64,000 nucleotides of DNA from Nitrosopumilaceae archaeon (GTDB taxonomy: Archaea > Thermoproteota > Nitrososphaeria > Nitrososphaerales > Nitrosopumilaceae). Shown one piece after another: positions 52,301-64,000 of the stretch. Below the pieces are notes generated by a model, which saw nothing but the letters and a program-made list of their open reading frames with translations, did no database searches and was not told the origin of the DNA. The stretch is from NCBI GenBank assembly GCA_965207375.1, contig CBDBMG010000002.1:128001-192000 (forward strand). The letters are read 5' to 3'. Both the position numbers and the translations under genes were made by a program. Position 1 is the stretch's first letter, and the number at the start of each line of letters is the position of its first letter.

Positions 52301-55247
52301 AGGATCATGAAACCATAAAAACCGTGTCACATCTCTATCCTTCTTCTGAATACCAATCTGAAGGAAAGCTTTCTCGACATCAGCCAAAATGACAATATGA
52401 TAGGTACGAAGTCTCAATAACACACCACACAAATCAGGTAACGTGATCGGTCCTCGATATAGACAATCATTGAGGCATTTAACACCTTTACTTACTTTAG
52501 CAGAGGCGTCATAAACTATTCTGACTTTAGTAGTGTTCTTAGAGGGTGTTATTATTGGGTGGTGTGGCAAGTAATGCTTCTTACAATTGGTTTCCATCTG
52601 AGTTTATAAAACCTTTTCAACAATTCCTTGCTTCAACTGAGATTGGAGAATATCATCATACTGCTGTAAAAGAGTTTTATTTGCCTGAAACCGTCGTGAC
52701 AATGACCTTATTCTCCCATAAGCAACATCATAATTTTCAAGGAGATCCGGTTCACAGGGCTTCCACGGCCAAGCAATTTGATATCGTTCTCCATCATAAC
52801 AAATTGGTTGTTAAACTGTTCAAGAGCTTCATCATTATCATTCAAATATGCTGGATCACAGATGCCAATTGCATCCAAGCTCCAAAAATCCTTCAAACTA
52901 GGATTCTTGTTTACTGCAGTATCAGCTGTTGAAAATAAATTCAATTCATGAACAGACTGATTCATTTGGGTCATCACAAAACAAGTTGAAAGTTGGTCAT
53001 TAGGCTTGACCTCCCGTTTGGGGCCCATGAATTTCCCTGTAAGGAGATAACCCAATTTGGATGATAACAATAACAAACCTGATGGTAGCACTATTCGTCC
53101 AACTTCAACAATGCTCCAAAAATAATCAGAACCTACTATAGTAGCCATTTCAGATGATTTTGGAATAACATCAGCTAGTTTTCCTGGTGTAATTGATTGA
53201 AGGAATTCCAAATCTGATCGCTGAAGTGGTCCTCTTTGAACAGGACTAGTAATCTGATTCAACACATTAGCATGTAGACTCACACGAGAGTTTTCCTTAG
53301 TAATAATAGTAAAATGAACAACATACGTGTCAATAGATTGAGGACCTTTAGATCCAAATGTAGAGATTGACAACGTTTCCTTTCGCTGAGAAGGTAAATT
53401 TAACTGTTTAGCTAGTTTTTCTGTCATAAAGGTTCTCTGACTAGCACTGTCTAGTAAAATACGAGCTGAGATAATAGATCCATCAGCACAACAAACAGGA
53501 ACCATTGCTGTTTGAAGGAGCACTCATTCTCCACTTGTTAATAACATATGATCTGTATTCACTGCAGGAGTCACAGTATCAACTGTTGATTTGGCAGTAA
53601 CAACTGGCTGGCGGCTATCCTTGGCACTAGGAGATGCTTGATTAATAGCTGTTGTTTCAAATGTAGCTGGTGTTTCAGGTGAAATAACAAACTTTTTCGG
53701 ACATATGCTTCGATGGTGATTACCAATTCTTTTACAATGATAACATGGTTTTGAGTGGGCATTAGGGCATTCCTTCAAAGGGTGACCAACTTTAAGACAT
53801 AGAAAGCATCGACCTTGAGAGATCAGTTGATGTTTACGATCAGTAACAGTTGTAAATTTATCACAGTTATCGTTAAAATGAACACCCCTACAAAAAATGC
53901 AAGGAAGGGTTGGCTCACGTCTATGTGTTTGATTCCTCTGTCTTTCGGTGCTCTTCGCACTATCAACCAACAAAGCTTCTACAGGTTGATTAGCTTGTGT
54001 ATCCACAGGGGGTCTCTCTCGTAATTATCCCCCCTTCTCTGACCTCTGTAAGTTGAACCTCTAGAATTATGCTCATGTCTTTGAGCGTTTTCATGTATGT
54101 TGATATATCGTTTGAGAGACTCCCTTAACAACTTTACTGTCCAGTTTTCATCAAGATTTTTTGACTCTTCCAATTTTACAATTACTTCTGTTGGAAGTTT
54201 TGATAATATCTGTTGAACAAGCATCCGTTGTTGGTCAACATTTTCTTCCTGTGACTCCAACTGTCGTAAATTCTTTTCCAATGCTTCGTAAGTGTGCTTT
54301 ATATCACTGAATCGATTAGTTGACGCTGTAGCCGAGAGTACAGGGCTTCTATAATGCTCTCTTTCTTTCCAAACTTATCCTGTAATATCTTGATTGCCAC
54401 TGGATAATTATCATTTGTAACAGAAATTCCATATATAGCAGTAGCAGCTGTATTACGGATAGAACCTTTTAAGTAACTAAATTTAGTAACATTTGGAATA
54501 TTCTGTTCATGTACTGCTATCTTATACACATCCCAAAATTCTTGCCAATGTAGAAGGTTACCATCAAAGGTTGGAAGGTGTAACTTTGGTAACTTCATTT
54601 TCACACTACTGTTGTTTTGAGGTTCTATGAGGTTTCCAGAGGTCAAAGGTCGTTCCTTAGCCCTTTCTCCCCTTCGCAATACTTGAGCCAAACGCCCTTC
54701 TAATCGCGCAACTATTTCTCTCGAGTCAAGTAATAGCTCAATTAAACCCTCATCTCCGTCTGCAGCCCATAAATACTCCTTTTCTTCGGCTGCCCTTTCC
54801 TCACCTTTCATTCCGTGCAGCAGAGTATTCCACTCCTGGTTACATCGTTCCAAAAGCACAATATTCGATGAAAATTGATGAATAAGGTGCTCTATCTCTG
54901 TTTCTTCCCTATCCAAGTCAGCTTCTTTCATAGGAAGCAGAAACATCGTCTTCGCCTTCTTAATATATGTCTGCAATCGAGCTTTGGTCGGTCCAAGCAA
55001 CCTTCGGATCGACCCTGACATCTTTAAGGCCTGTGTTCGTGAGTCCCGGGTTTCAGCACCAATTTGTCGTGAAGACAAAGCGAGCGAGCAACTTCACTAC
55101 TACTCGTATTATAATTTCATCGGGACTAACAAAATATGTACAGTGTACAATATTTATACAATAATTCAATAATTACAATATAATTAAGTCAAGTCCAGCT
55201 TGATAAATATATCTCAAAGTCTCCCTCGTCCCATCGCGGTCTCAACA
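49388..55247 (-). mobile_element. Full-length BEL/Pao LTR retrotransposon
   Basis: LTRs 55247-55065 (5') and 49583-49388 (3'), TG...CA; PBS tggtgctgaaacc; single polyprotein. Confidence 0.95.
49710..55021 (-). pseudogene. BEL/Pao gag-pol polyprotein, frameshifted
   Basis: KLPKLHLPTFDG..W..FW gag; three Cys-His knuckles; LLDSASQRTF protease; ADVEKAFLQ and YVDN RT; FCDAS RNase H; GLDYLGP, SDNA and GGFYERLV integrase; split over about 7 ORFs. Confidence 0.92.
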
Positions 55248-56243
55248 GTTATATAGTATCTAACATTGTAGAGGCATACATAGTTATAGCTAGCTATATA
55301 TCAAACATTATACGTATATCTATCTATAGTCTCTAACATTGTAGAGGCATACATATAGTTATAGCTAGCTATCTATCTATAGTATCTAACATCGTAGAGG
55401 CATACATAGTTATAGCTAGCTATATATCTATAGTACCTAACATTGTAGAGGCATACACAGCCATAGCTAGCTATCTATGTATAGTATCTAACATTATAGA
55501 GGCATACATAGTTATAGCTATCTATCTATCTATAGTATCTAACATTGTAGAGGCATACATAGTTACAGCTAGCTATCTATCTATAGTGTCTAACATTGTA
55601 GAGGCATATATAGTTATAGTATATATCTATAGTATCTAACATTGTATATCTATCTATAGTCTCTAACATTGTAGAGGCATACATAGTTACAGCTAGCTAT
55701 CTATCTATAGTGTCTAACATTGTAGAGGCATATATAGTTATAGTATATATCTATAGTATCTAACATTGTATATCTATCTATAGTCTCTAACATTGTAGAG
55801 GCATACATAGTTATAGCTATAGCTATCTATCTATAGTATCTAACATTGTAGAGGCATACATAGTTATAGCTATCTATCTATCTATAGTATCTAACATTGT
55901 AGAGGCATACATAGTTACAGCTAGCTATCTATCTATAGTGTCTAACATTGTAGAGGCATATATAGTTATAGCTATCTATCTATAGTATCTAATATTGTAG
56001 AGGCATACACAGCAATAGCTACCTATCTATGTATAGTATCTAAAATTGTAGAGGCATATATAGTTATAGCTATCTATCTATCTATCTATAGTATCTAACA
56101 TTGTAGAGGCATATACACAGCCATAGCTAGCTATCTATGTATAGTATCTAACATTGTAGAGGCAAGTATCTAACATTGTAGAGGCATACATAGCCATTGC
56201 TAGCTATCTATCTATAGTATTTAACATTGTAGAGGCATACATA

Positions 56244-56460
56244 CCGTATAGGGGGTAAGTTTCGCTGGGCGAAACTTTCGCGGTAGAGGCCTTCCAAGTA
56301 TATTCGCGGTAAAACCTTCGCGTTACAGTAGAAAGCAGCTTATACATTTGTAGTAGCCGAGTAGCTAAATATCTTTGTTTAGCGGCGAAACTTTCGCGGT
56401 TGTGTTTGAAACCGCGAAAACCGCGAAAGTTTCGCCCATCGAAAATTACCTCCTATACGG
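56244..56460. mobile_element. CCGTA-terminated MITE inserted at a TA of the 51-bp satellite
   Basis: TIRs present; inverted near-copy of 25676-25867. Confidence 0.9.
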
Positions 56461-57633
56461 TACGTAGTTATAGCTATCTATCTATCTATAGTATCTAACA
56501 TTGTATAGAGGCATACATAGTTACAGCTAGCTATCTATCTATAGTATCTAACATTGTAGAGGCATACACAGCCATAGCTAGCTATCTATGTATAGTATCT
56601 AACATTGTAGAGGCATACATAGTTATAGCTACCTATTTATCTATAGTATCTAACATTGTATATCTATCTATAGCTACGTAGCTATCTATATCTAATCTAA
56701 CATTGTAGAAGCAAACATAGTTGTAGCTAGCTATCGATCTATGGTATCTAACATTGTAGAGGCATACATAGTTATAGCTAGTTATCTATCTATAGTATCG
56801 AGGCATACATAGTTATAGCTAGCTAGCTATCTATGGTATTTAACATTGTAGTTATCTATCTATAGAATCTAACATTGTAGAGGCATACATAGTTATAGCT
56901 AGCTATCTATCTATAGAATCTAACATTGTAGAGGCATACATAGTTATAGCTAGCTATCTATCTATAGAATCTAACATTGTAGAGGCATACATAGTTATAG
57001 CTAGCTAGCTATGTATAGTATCTAACATTGTAGAGGCATACATAGTTATAGCTAGCTATCTATCTATAGAATCTAACATTGTAGAGGCATACATAGTTAT
57101 AGCTATCTATCTATCTATAGTGTCTAACATTGAAGAGGCATACATAGTTATAGCTAGCTATCTATCTATAGAATCTAACATTGTAGAGGCATACATAGTT
57201 ATAGCTATCTATCTATCTATAGAATCTAACATTGTAGAGGCATACATAGTTATAGCTATCTATCTATCTATAGAATCTAACATTGTAGAGGCATACATAG
57301 TTATAGCTATCTATCTATCTATAGAATCTAACATTGTAGAGGCATACATAGTTATAGCTATCTATCTATCTATAGTGTCTAACATTGAAGAGGCATACAT
57401 AGTTATAGCTAGCTATCTATCTATAGAATCTAACATTGTAGAGGCATACATAGTTATAGCTATCTATCTATCTACAGTATCTAACATTGAAGAGGCATAC
57501 ATAGCTAGAGCACAGGGGTGTAAGAAGATCTTCATGACTGGTCAGTCCAAGGTTCCAACTGTATTATTGCACTTAATCAACTGCGTGGGCGGCCGATAAT
57601 TTTGCATTTTCTGCTACACTTATAACTCTAATA

Positions 57634-57876
57634 CGAGGGGTCCGCCACGTACTCCTATAAGATTCAAGATTCGGCAAATCTTGTCTAAGATTCGGGATTT
57701 AAAGAGAGATTTGAGTATTTAAAATTCATGCTAAATACAAGATTTGCTCGATAATAAAGTCGATTTCCTGAAATTTCCTATTTTTTGAAAAACTTTGGGA
57801 TTTGAGATTTGAGATTTGAGAATCTCAAGATTTGGAATCTTTGTTTATCCCAGATTCAGTTCGTGGCGGACCCTCG
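57634..57876. mobile_element. MITE with 8-bp TSD
   Basis: TIR cgaggggtccgccacg / cgtggcggaccctcg; TSD CTCTAATA; internal gagattt repeats. Confidence 0.85.
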
Positions 57877-58666
57877 CTCTAATATTTGCTTTATAACAAC
57901 CTCAATGAGTCAGTAAATCACACAAACAACTCCTTTTATGATTTATTTCACACAAAGCTGCGACTTGTTCAATCACACACAATTATTAGCGTGGGCGGTC
58001 GTTATCTTTGCATTTATCTATAGTATCTAACATTGCAGAGGCTTAACTATATAGCTATAGTTAGCTATCTGTCTATAGTATCTAACATTGTAGAGGTATA
58101 CATAGTTATAGCTAGTTATCTATCTATAGTATCTAGCATTGTAGAAGTAAATATAATTGTAGCTAGCTATCTATCTATATTAACTAACATTGTAGAGACA
58201 TACATAGTTATCTATCTACAGTATCTAGCATTGTAGAGGAATACATAGTTATAGCTAGCTATCTCTCTATAGTATCTAACATACATAGTTATAGGATACT
58301 ACAGATAGATAGCTAGCTATAGCTATATCGCTATGCCTCTACAATGTTAGAGAGTATAGATAGCTAGCTATGTCTGTGTATGCCTCCGCAATGTTAGATA
58401 CTGTAATATATAGATAGATAGCTATAACTATGTATGCCTCCGCAATGTTAGATACTGTAGATAGATAGCTAGCTGTAACTATATATGCCTCTGCAATGTT
58501 AGATACTATACATAGCTAACTAGCTATAACTATGTATGCCTTTGCTTTGTTAAATACTATAGATATACAATGTTAGATACCATAGATAGATGACTAGCTA
58601 TAACTATGTATCCCTCTACAATGTTAGAGACTATAGATAGATAGCCAGCTATACCTATGTATGCCT

Positions 58667-59052
58667 TAGGGATGAGGTAATTATGCTGGAATAATTTTTA
58701 GCATAATGCATAGAACTGTTATTCCAGCATTAAGCTAGCATTTTGTAAACAAATAATCAGGGAAAACTAGCAAACACCCAGATTTTTCAAAAGGTCATTG
58801 AAAAATAGATTGATATATTTTAATAAAACAGTCAGTACATTATTAAACTAGTGGGTTGCATTATATTACTCTAATAGAGTAGTCATGCATTGCAATAAAG
58901 TATCATTTCAAGAGTTACTGGATTGTTTAGAGAATGATCTTGGGAATAATCTTGAGAATAATGCAGATAATTTGGAGCATAATGCAGAAAAATTACAGGA
59001 AATTCTGAATAGAATAATGCAGAGAATTATGAGCATAATTACCTCAGCCCTA
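58667..59052. mobile_element. hAT-type MITE in the satellite
   Basis: TIR taggg.tgaggtaattatgct / agcataattacctcagcccta; TSD GTATGCCT, the right copy carrying a 3-nt insertion (gtaCTAtgcct). Confidence 0.8.
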
Positions 59053-59619
59053 GTACTATGCCTCTACAATGTTAGATACTATAGATAGACAGCTAGCAAT
59101 GGCTATGTATGTCTCTACAATGTTAGATACTATAAATAGATAGATAACTATGTATGCCTCTTCAATGTTAGATAATATAGATAGATATACAATGATAGAT
59201 ACTATAGATATAGATATACAATGTTAGCTACTATAGATAGATAGCTAGCTATAACTATGTATGCCTAGACAATGTTAGATACTATAGATATATATCTAGC
59301 TATAACTATGTATGCCTCTACAATGTTAGATACTATAGATATAGATAGCTAGCTATAACTATGTATGCCTCTACAATGTTAGATAATATAGATAGATTAG
59401 ATATGGCTTGATATGGGGATACATAAACTTTAATAAACAAAGAAGTTACCAGTAACCAAGGTAACATGGTAACCATATTGATACTTAATCAGATTGGAAT
59501 AAAAATTGGAACTGCAGAACAACCCATGCTTAGAGTGCATGGTGGTAAGCAGATATACCGAGTTTCTGGCTAAGTTATGTTACATTACTGCATGAAACAA
59601 ATGCAGCAAGTAGCTATTA

Positions 59620-60935
59620 ATTTAACTTAGGTAACTGAGTAGCTAACTGTTCGTAAAATTGATGCATTTTGGGAAGAGTAGTCTTATAGCGGAATTGCAG
59701 CTTCAGTTAACTCTGGTGTCCAGTTAGCTATTTCTGGTGTCATTAAACGAAAGATACTAATAATATGAGTAACTTCAGGAATTCTGTATACTGTTGGCAA
59801 TGATGTGCAGCCTCGGTAACTCTGGTAACCTGCTATATACTTTATGGTCTTATTGAACCAAAGAATATAATCAACTATTAACTGCGGTATTTACTGGTAA
59901 CACTGGGAACTGTGGTAACCGTTGGTAATTTTGATGCATTTTGGGAAGGAAGGTCTTGTAGTGAAACTACAACCTTGGTAACTTTGGTAACCTGCTACTT
60001 TATGGTCTTATCAAACAAAAGAATATAATCAACTATTAACTGCGGTATTTACTGGTAACACTGGGAACTGTCGTAACCGTTGGTAATTTTGATGCATTTT
60101 GGAACGGATAGACTTTTAGTGGAATTACAACCTCGGTAACTCTGATAACCTGCTACTTTATGGTCTTATTGAAGAATATAATCAACTATTAACTGCGATA
60201 TTTACTGGTAACTTTGGGAACTGTGGTAACCGTTGGCAATTTTGATGCATTTTGGGAAGGAAGGTCTTGTAGTGAAACTACAACCTTGGTAACTTTGGTA
60301 ACCTGCTACTTTGAGGTCTTAACAATATAATCAACTATTAACTGCGGTATTTACTGGTAACTCTAGGAACTGTGGTAACCGTTGGTAATTTTGATGCATT
60401 TTGGGAAGGAAGGTCTTGTAGTAAAACTACAACCTTGGTAACTCTGGTAACCTGCTACTTTATGGTGTTATCGAACAAAGGAATAAATCAACTATATTAT
60501 TAAGAGTCAGCATTTACCGGTAACTCTGGGAACTGTAGTAATTATAACTGTTGGTAATTTTGATGCATTTTGGGAAGGGTACACTTGTAGTGGAATTACA
60601 ACCTTGGTAACTCTGGTAACTGGCTACTTTGTAGTCTTATCGAATGGAACATAGCAGCATTTACTGGTAACTCTGGTAACTGTGGTAACTGTTAGTAATT
60701 TTGATGCATTTTGGGAAGGAAGGTCTTGTAGTGGAATTACAACATTGATTACTATCAGACTGGTAACTTGCTACTTCATGGTCTTATCAAATAAAGGAAT
60801 AAATCAACTGTAATATTAAGTGCAGCATTTACCGGTAACTTTGGGAACTGTAGTAACCATCGGTACTTATGATGCATTTTGGGAAGGGGACCCTTGTAGT
60901 GGAATTACAACCTTGGTAACTGTGGTAACTGGCTA
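59620..60935 (+). repeat. ~155-bp tandem repeat (~8 units) built on ggtaac(t/c) subrepeats
   Basis: ttgatgcattttgggaagg recurs at 149-169-bp spacing (one shorter ~140-bp interval). Confidence 0.9.
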
Positions 60936-61139
60936 CCCTCAAAATTGGCTTCAGGTAAGATTTACATGCATAAATACTTTAGAATATGATACAGTTCTGC
61001 AAAAGATAAAATCTTTGTAACATGTGCTTTGACTTGGAAGTATTTTGTGACCATGATACATTTTTTAAATAATTAGCACAAATGTGAGAAACTTTATAGG
61101 TACAATTGCAATACTCAGGTACCTGATGTATAAGACAAC

Positions 61140-61285
61140 TCAACTGCTGTATAAGAGTATACATAATGTACTCACCTGGCTGCTGTATAAGAGTAATGTA
61201 CCATTACCTGACTGCTGTATAAGAGTAATGTATTATTACCTGACTGCTGTAAAGAGTAATGTACTTTAACCTGACTGCTATATAG
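61140..61285 (+). repeat. ~31-bp tandem repeat (cctgactgctgtataagagtaatgta...) x5
   Basis: Direct repeats visible in the sequence. Confidence 0.85.
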
Positions 61286-61826
61286 GCAGATATACAGTTT
61301 AAACACAAAGACACAAGGGACATTTACATATGCTGTTCACCATATAATGCAATAACTGTGCTATTTTAGCTAATACACTACTGTGTAGTTTGGGCACATG
61401 AAATGTCATAAAATATAACACACTTTAAATCTCCTCAAATTTGACATGCTAACTACACTACATACCCATCTGCATAGATGTATCATGAGTCAAATTTACA
61501 CATTAGTGTTAAATTTACTGTATAGCTACAACCCATTGCTTTTTTACCGGTAAGCTTTGCAAAAAATACTGCATGCATCAAGGGATCTGACACTATAGAT
61601 TTTCTTCAACATGATTTGGAATCTGCTTGATTTGGTGTCGGACCTATTGGCATGTATTCTATGCAGAGTTGGGGGTAACTAGTTACTTTGTAACTAAGTT
61701 ACATAATATATTACTTTTAAAAGAATACCTGGACACTAAGGACCAGCTTACTGTGCTTTTATCTTTACTTATTATGCTACGTATGCTACAGTGCTCATAT
61801 TATGTCCTAGCTATATCATAGCTATA

Positions 61827-62079
61827 TGTGACCCGGTCTGACAAAACCAGTCTTATTGCCATAAAAATGTTGAGTTAATTTTGAGTCTTTCAAGTTTAAT
61901 AACTCTTTTTCTGAACACAATATTTTAGGACTAACTTCACCATGTAGCTAGCAAAAATCCTAAGCAATTCGATAAAACTTACAGAATTTGAATAGCACCT
62001 ATACAGAACAAGATAGATACCATTATACGCATGGGTGTGTTTTTGGGCAATAAGACTGGTTTTGTCAGACCGGGTCACA
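61827..62079. mobile_element. MITE with TGTGACC termini
   Basis: 34-bp perfect TIR tgtgacccggtctgacaaaaccagtcttattgcc; TATA flanks. Confidence 0.9.
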
Positions 62080-63318
62080 TATACACAAATAGCTATACAT
62101 TAATAACCATTTTTGCAAAAAAATTGAGAATTTAGCCATCACTGTATAGCTAGCCGTTAGTTTTAATTATTAGCGTTGCTGGTCATAAAGAATATACATT
62201 CCTAACTATGTATGCCAGCTACGTAAACTTGGTGATGAGAAACTGTTCTGTTAATGAACATTTGCAAAAGCAGCTATCCAGATACGTAGCAACCAAACTG
62301 GAACAAAACACTAGCCATTTGAAACAGAGACAAAATGTTAGCAATTAGCAAGGTTACAATATCACTAATTAGTCAATGTGAATTGTGATTTTTAGATATT
62401 TATGTAACTATAATGGCTAGCTCTCGATGTTTTACTTACATACCGATGTCCAGTAGGCACCTGCAGATTATGCCAGCATAATTTTAAGCATGATAGGTAC
62501 ATATAATTAAAAAGCACCATGTATAATGCCAGGATAATAGGAAGTATTTGGCTAGGTATTTATAAAAGTATGGAAAATTAGATCAATATACTTTAATACA
62601 CAGTCTTACATTTTGGATGTGCGAATACTTTAATAAGGAAACAGTCCATCCTTTATACTAAACACATTATCTAAAGCATGTTAAATGACAACATATAGCT
62701 AGCTGGAGTGCTTTCTAAAAGTTCAGTGTGAGTATATATACTTATAGTTAGTTGTACTACATTGGTAGCTCTAGTTATATATGTCTACTCACATAGGCAG
62801 GTTACTCTGAAAATTTTAGTGACTAGCTAGCTAGTTTCAGAATTTGTGAATACACTAATTTTGAATAATTGTGCTTTAGCTAGCTACTGTGTGGCTATGT
62901 TGTTTAAAATACCATCAGCACACTACTTTGTAGCATATAACTAGTTATATGGCTAATACCTAACATCATATTCAATTTAAATCTAAAGTCTTCAGTGATT
63001 TGTGTTAAAAAATCTTTCCTTGTTTTTGCTGACTAACAAATCACTATATTGACACATAACCACATATAGACCATAAAGTTCTTTAAATTATGAATCAAAT
63101 TTGAAGAAACTGTGCTAATCAGTTACATATAACAACATGGGATACAATATATATAGTTAAAAGCTATAGCTACTGTAATAAATTTTAAAATCTTTATAAG
63201 CTAATTAAGCTTAGTAGCTATAGATGCTTCTTAAATTGCTATATAGTTACCTATATGCATAACTGGCAGTGCATGCACAGTATAGTTCATATATATGATT
63301 ATTGTATAATGTATATAG

Positions 63319-64000
63319 CACCCAGCAAAATCACAGTCAATCCACAATCACAACTTGTACATGAAGGTGCTACTCTCAGTCTATCATGTGAGGCAACAGG
63401 TAGTGGTCCCATCAGGTATCAGTGGAGGAGAGTTAATGGAGAGATTAGCAGTGATAGAGCTGAGGGAGTAAACACATCCACACTGACTATATCACCAGTG
63501 ACACTACAAGATATGGATGAGTATTATTGTGTGGCTAGTAATGATCTAAAAGATGAATCAAAAACTGCTATTGTTGCTGTTTTATCAAAGACTACTGATA
63601 AAGTCCCATTCCATTAACCACTGTAATTTGTTTATGAAATTTAGTAGGTGAACTTGAAAAATCTACTGATGATTGTAACTGTGGTAATCATGCAATAGGA
63701 ATTGCTGCTTTGTTGGTCTTGTTAGCAGTAGTAGTAATTTGTAGTTTAGGATTATTAAGATGGATTGCTAAGTTGAAAAAAAACTTGCACAAGCCAAATC
63801 AAAAGAAAAGTAAGTTATCATAAATATTACTAATAGTCAAATATAGTAATGTTGTTCAAAATGTTCCAGAGCCAACATACGTATGAGTTAGTGTCTAATT
63901 TCAAAACTGATAATGTGAACATAGAGAAGAATCCTTCTTACTCAGTGACTGGTGTTCAGGATGGTTCATTGGATCATCATTATGATGTCATTCCTGGTAG
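63319..64000 (+). pseudogene. Ig (I-set)-TM receptor with tyrosine-motif tail, likely disabled; runs off the window
   Basis: Exon 63319-63597 Ig (LSCEATG..YQW..TLTI..D.DEYYCVASN; donor reads AT instead of GT). Exon ~63648-63809 TM (IGIAALLVLLAVVVICSLGLL-RWIAKLKKK). Exon from 63847 gives tail PTYELV, NPSY, HYDVI once a 4-bp insertion is removed. Confidence 0.75.

Larger units (their letters stand above)
55248..59400. repeat. 51-bp satellite array, forward to ~58294 and reverse from ~58295
   Basis: Unit tagtatctaacattgtagaggcatacatagttatagctagctatctatcta; one more unit left of the BEL element (~49348-49382). Confidence 0.95.

Noticed and set aside
57120-57599. 159-aa ORF with 17-aa repeats
   Set aside because: One frame of the 51-bp satellite; neighbouring units have indels and the array inverts.

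Overview
AT-rich eukaryotic DNA with very short GT-AG introns. It is animal-like, plausibly a non-bilaterian such as a demosponge (inference), and is dominated by nested transposons and satellites. Main contents: (1) an apparently intact 4.4-kb Kolobok DNA transposon (16870-21292; TTAA TSD, 35-bp TIRs) with a 13-exon DDE transposase and a convergent 4-exon accessory gene carrying a CXC-like Cys cluster and a P2X7-ballast-like domain, inserted in an intron of a CWC22 pseudogene; (2) full-length but disabled Gypsy (10498-14770) and BEL/Pao (49388-55247) LTR elements; (3) relics of a hAT transposase, an intron-containing GIN1/Ginger-type integrase, and R4-like and CR1/L2-like LINEs; (4) about 20 non-autonomous TIR elements with TA, 5-, 8- or 9-bp TSDs; (5) 19-, 51- and ~155-bp tandem arrays; (6) decayed host-gene copies (O-fucosyltransferase-like, death domain, Ig-TM receptor with Tyr motifs). 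The most notable unexplained signal is a pervasive TA->TAcgTA / TA->TAgcTA 4-bp insertion signature. It frameshifts three unrelated coding sequences and appears at a paralogous site seen in empty, MITE-filled and scarred states, consistent with very frequent transposon excision footprints. All gene models and alignments were done by eye; no database searches were run.
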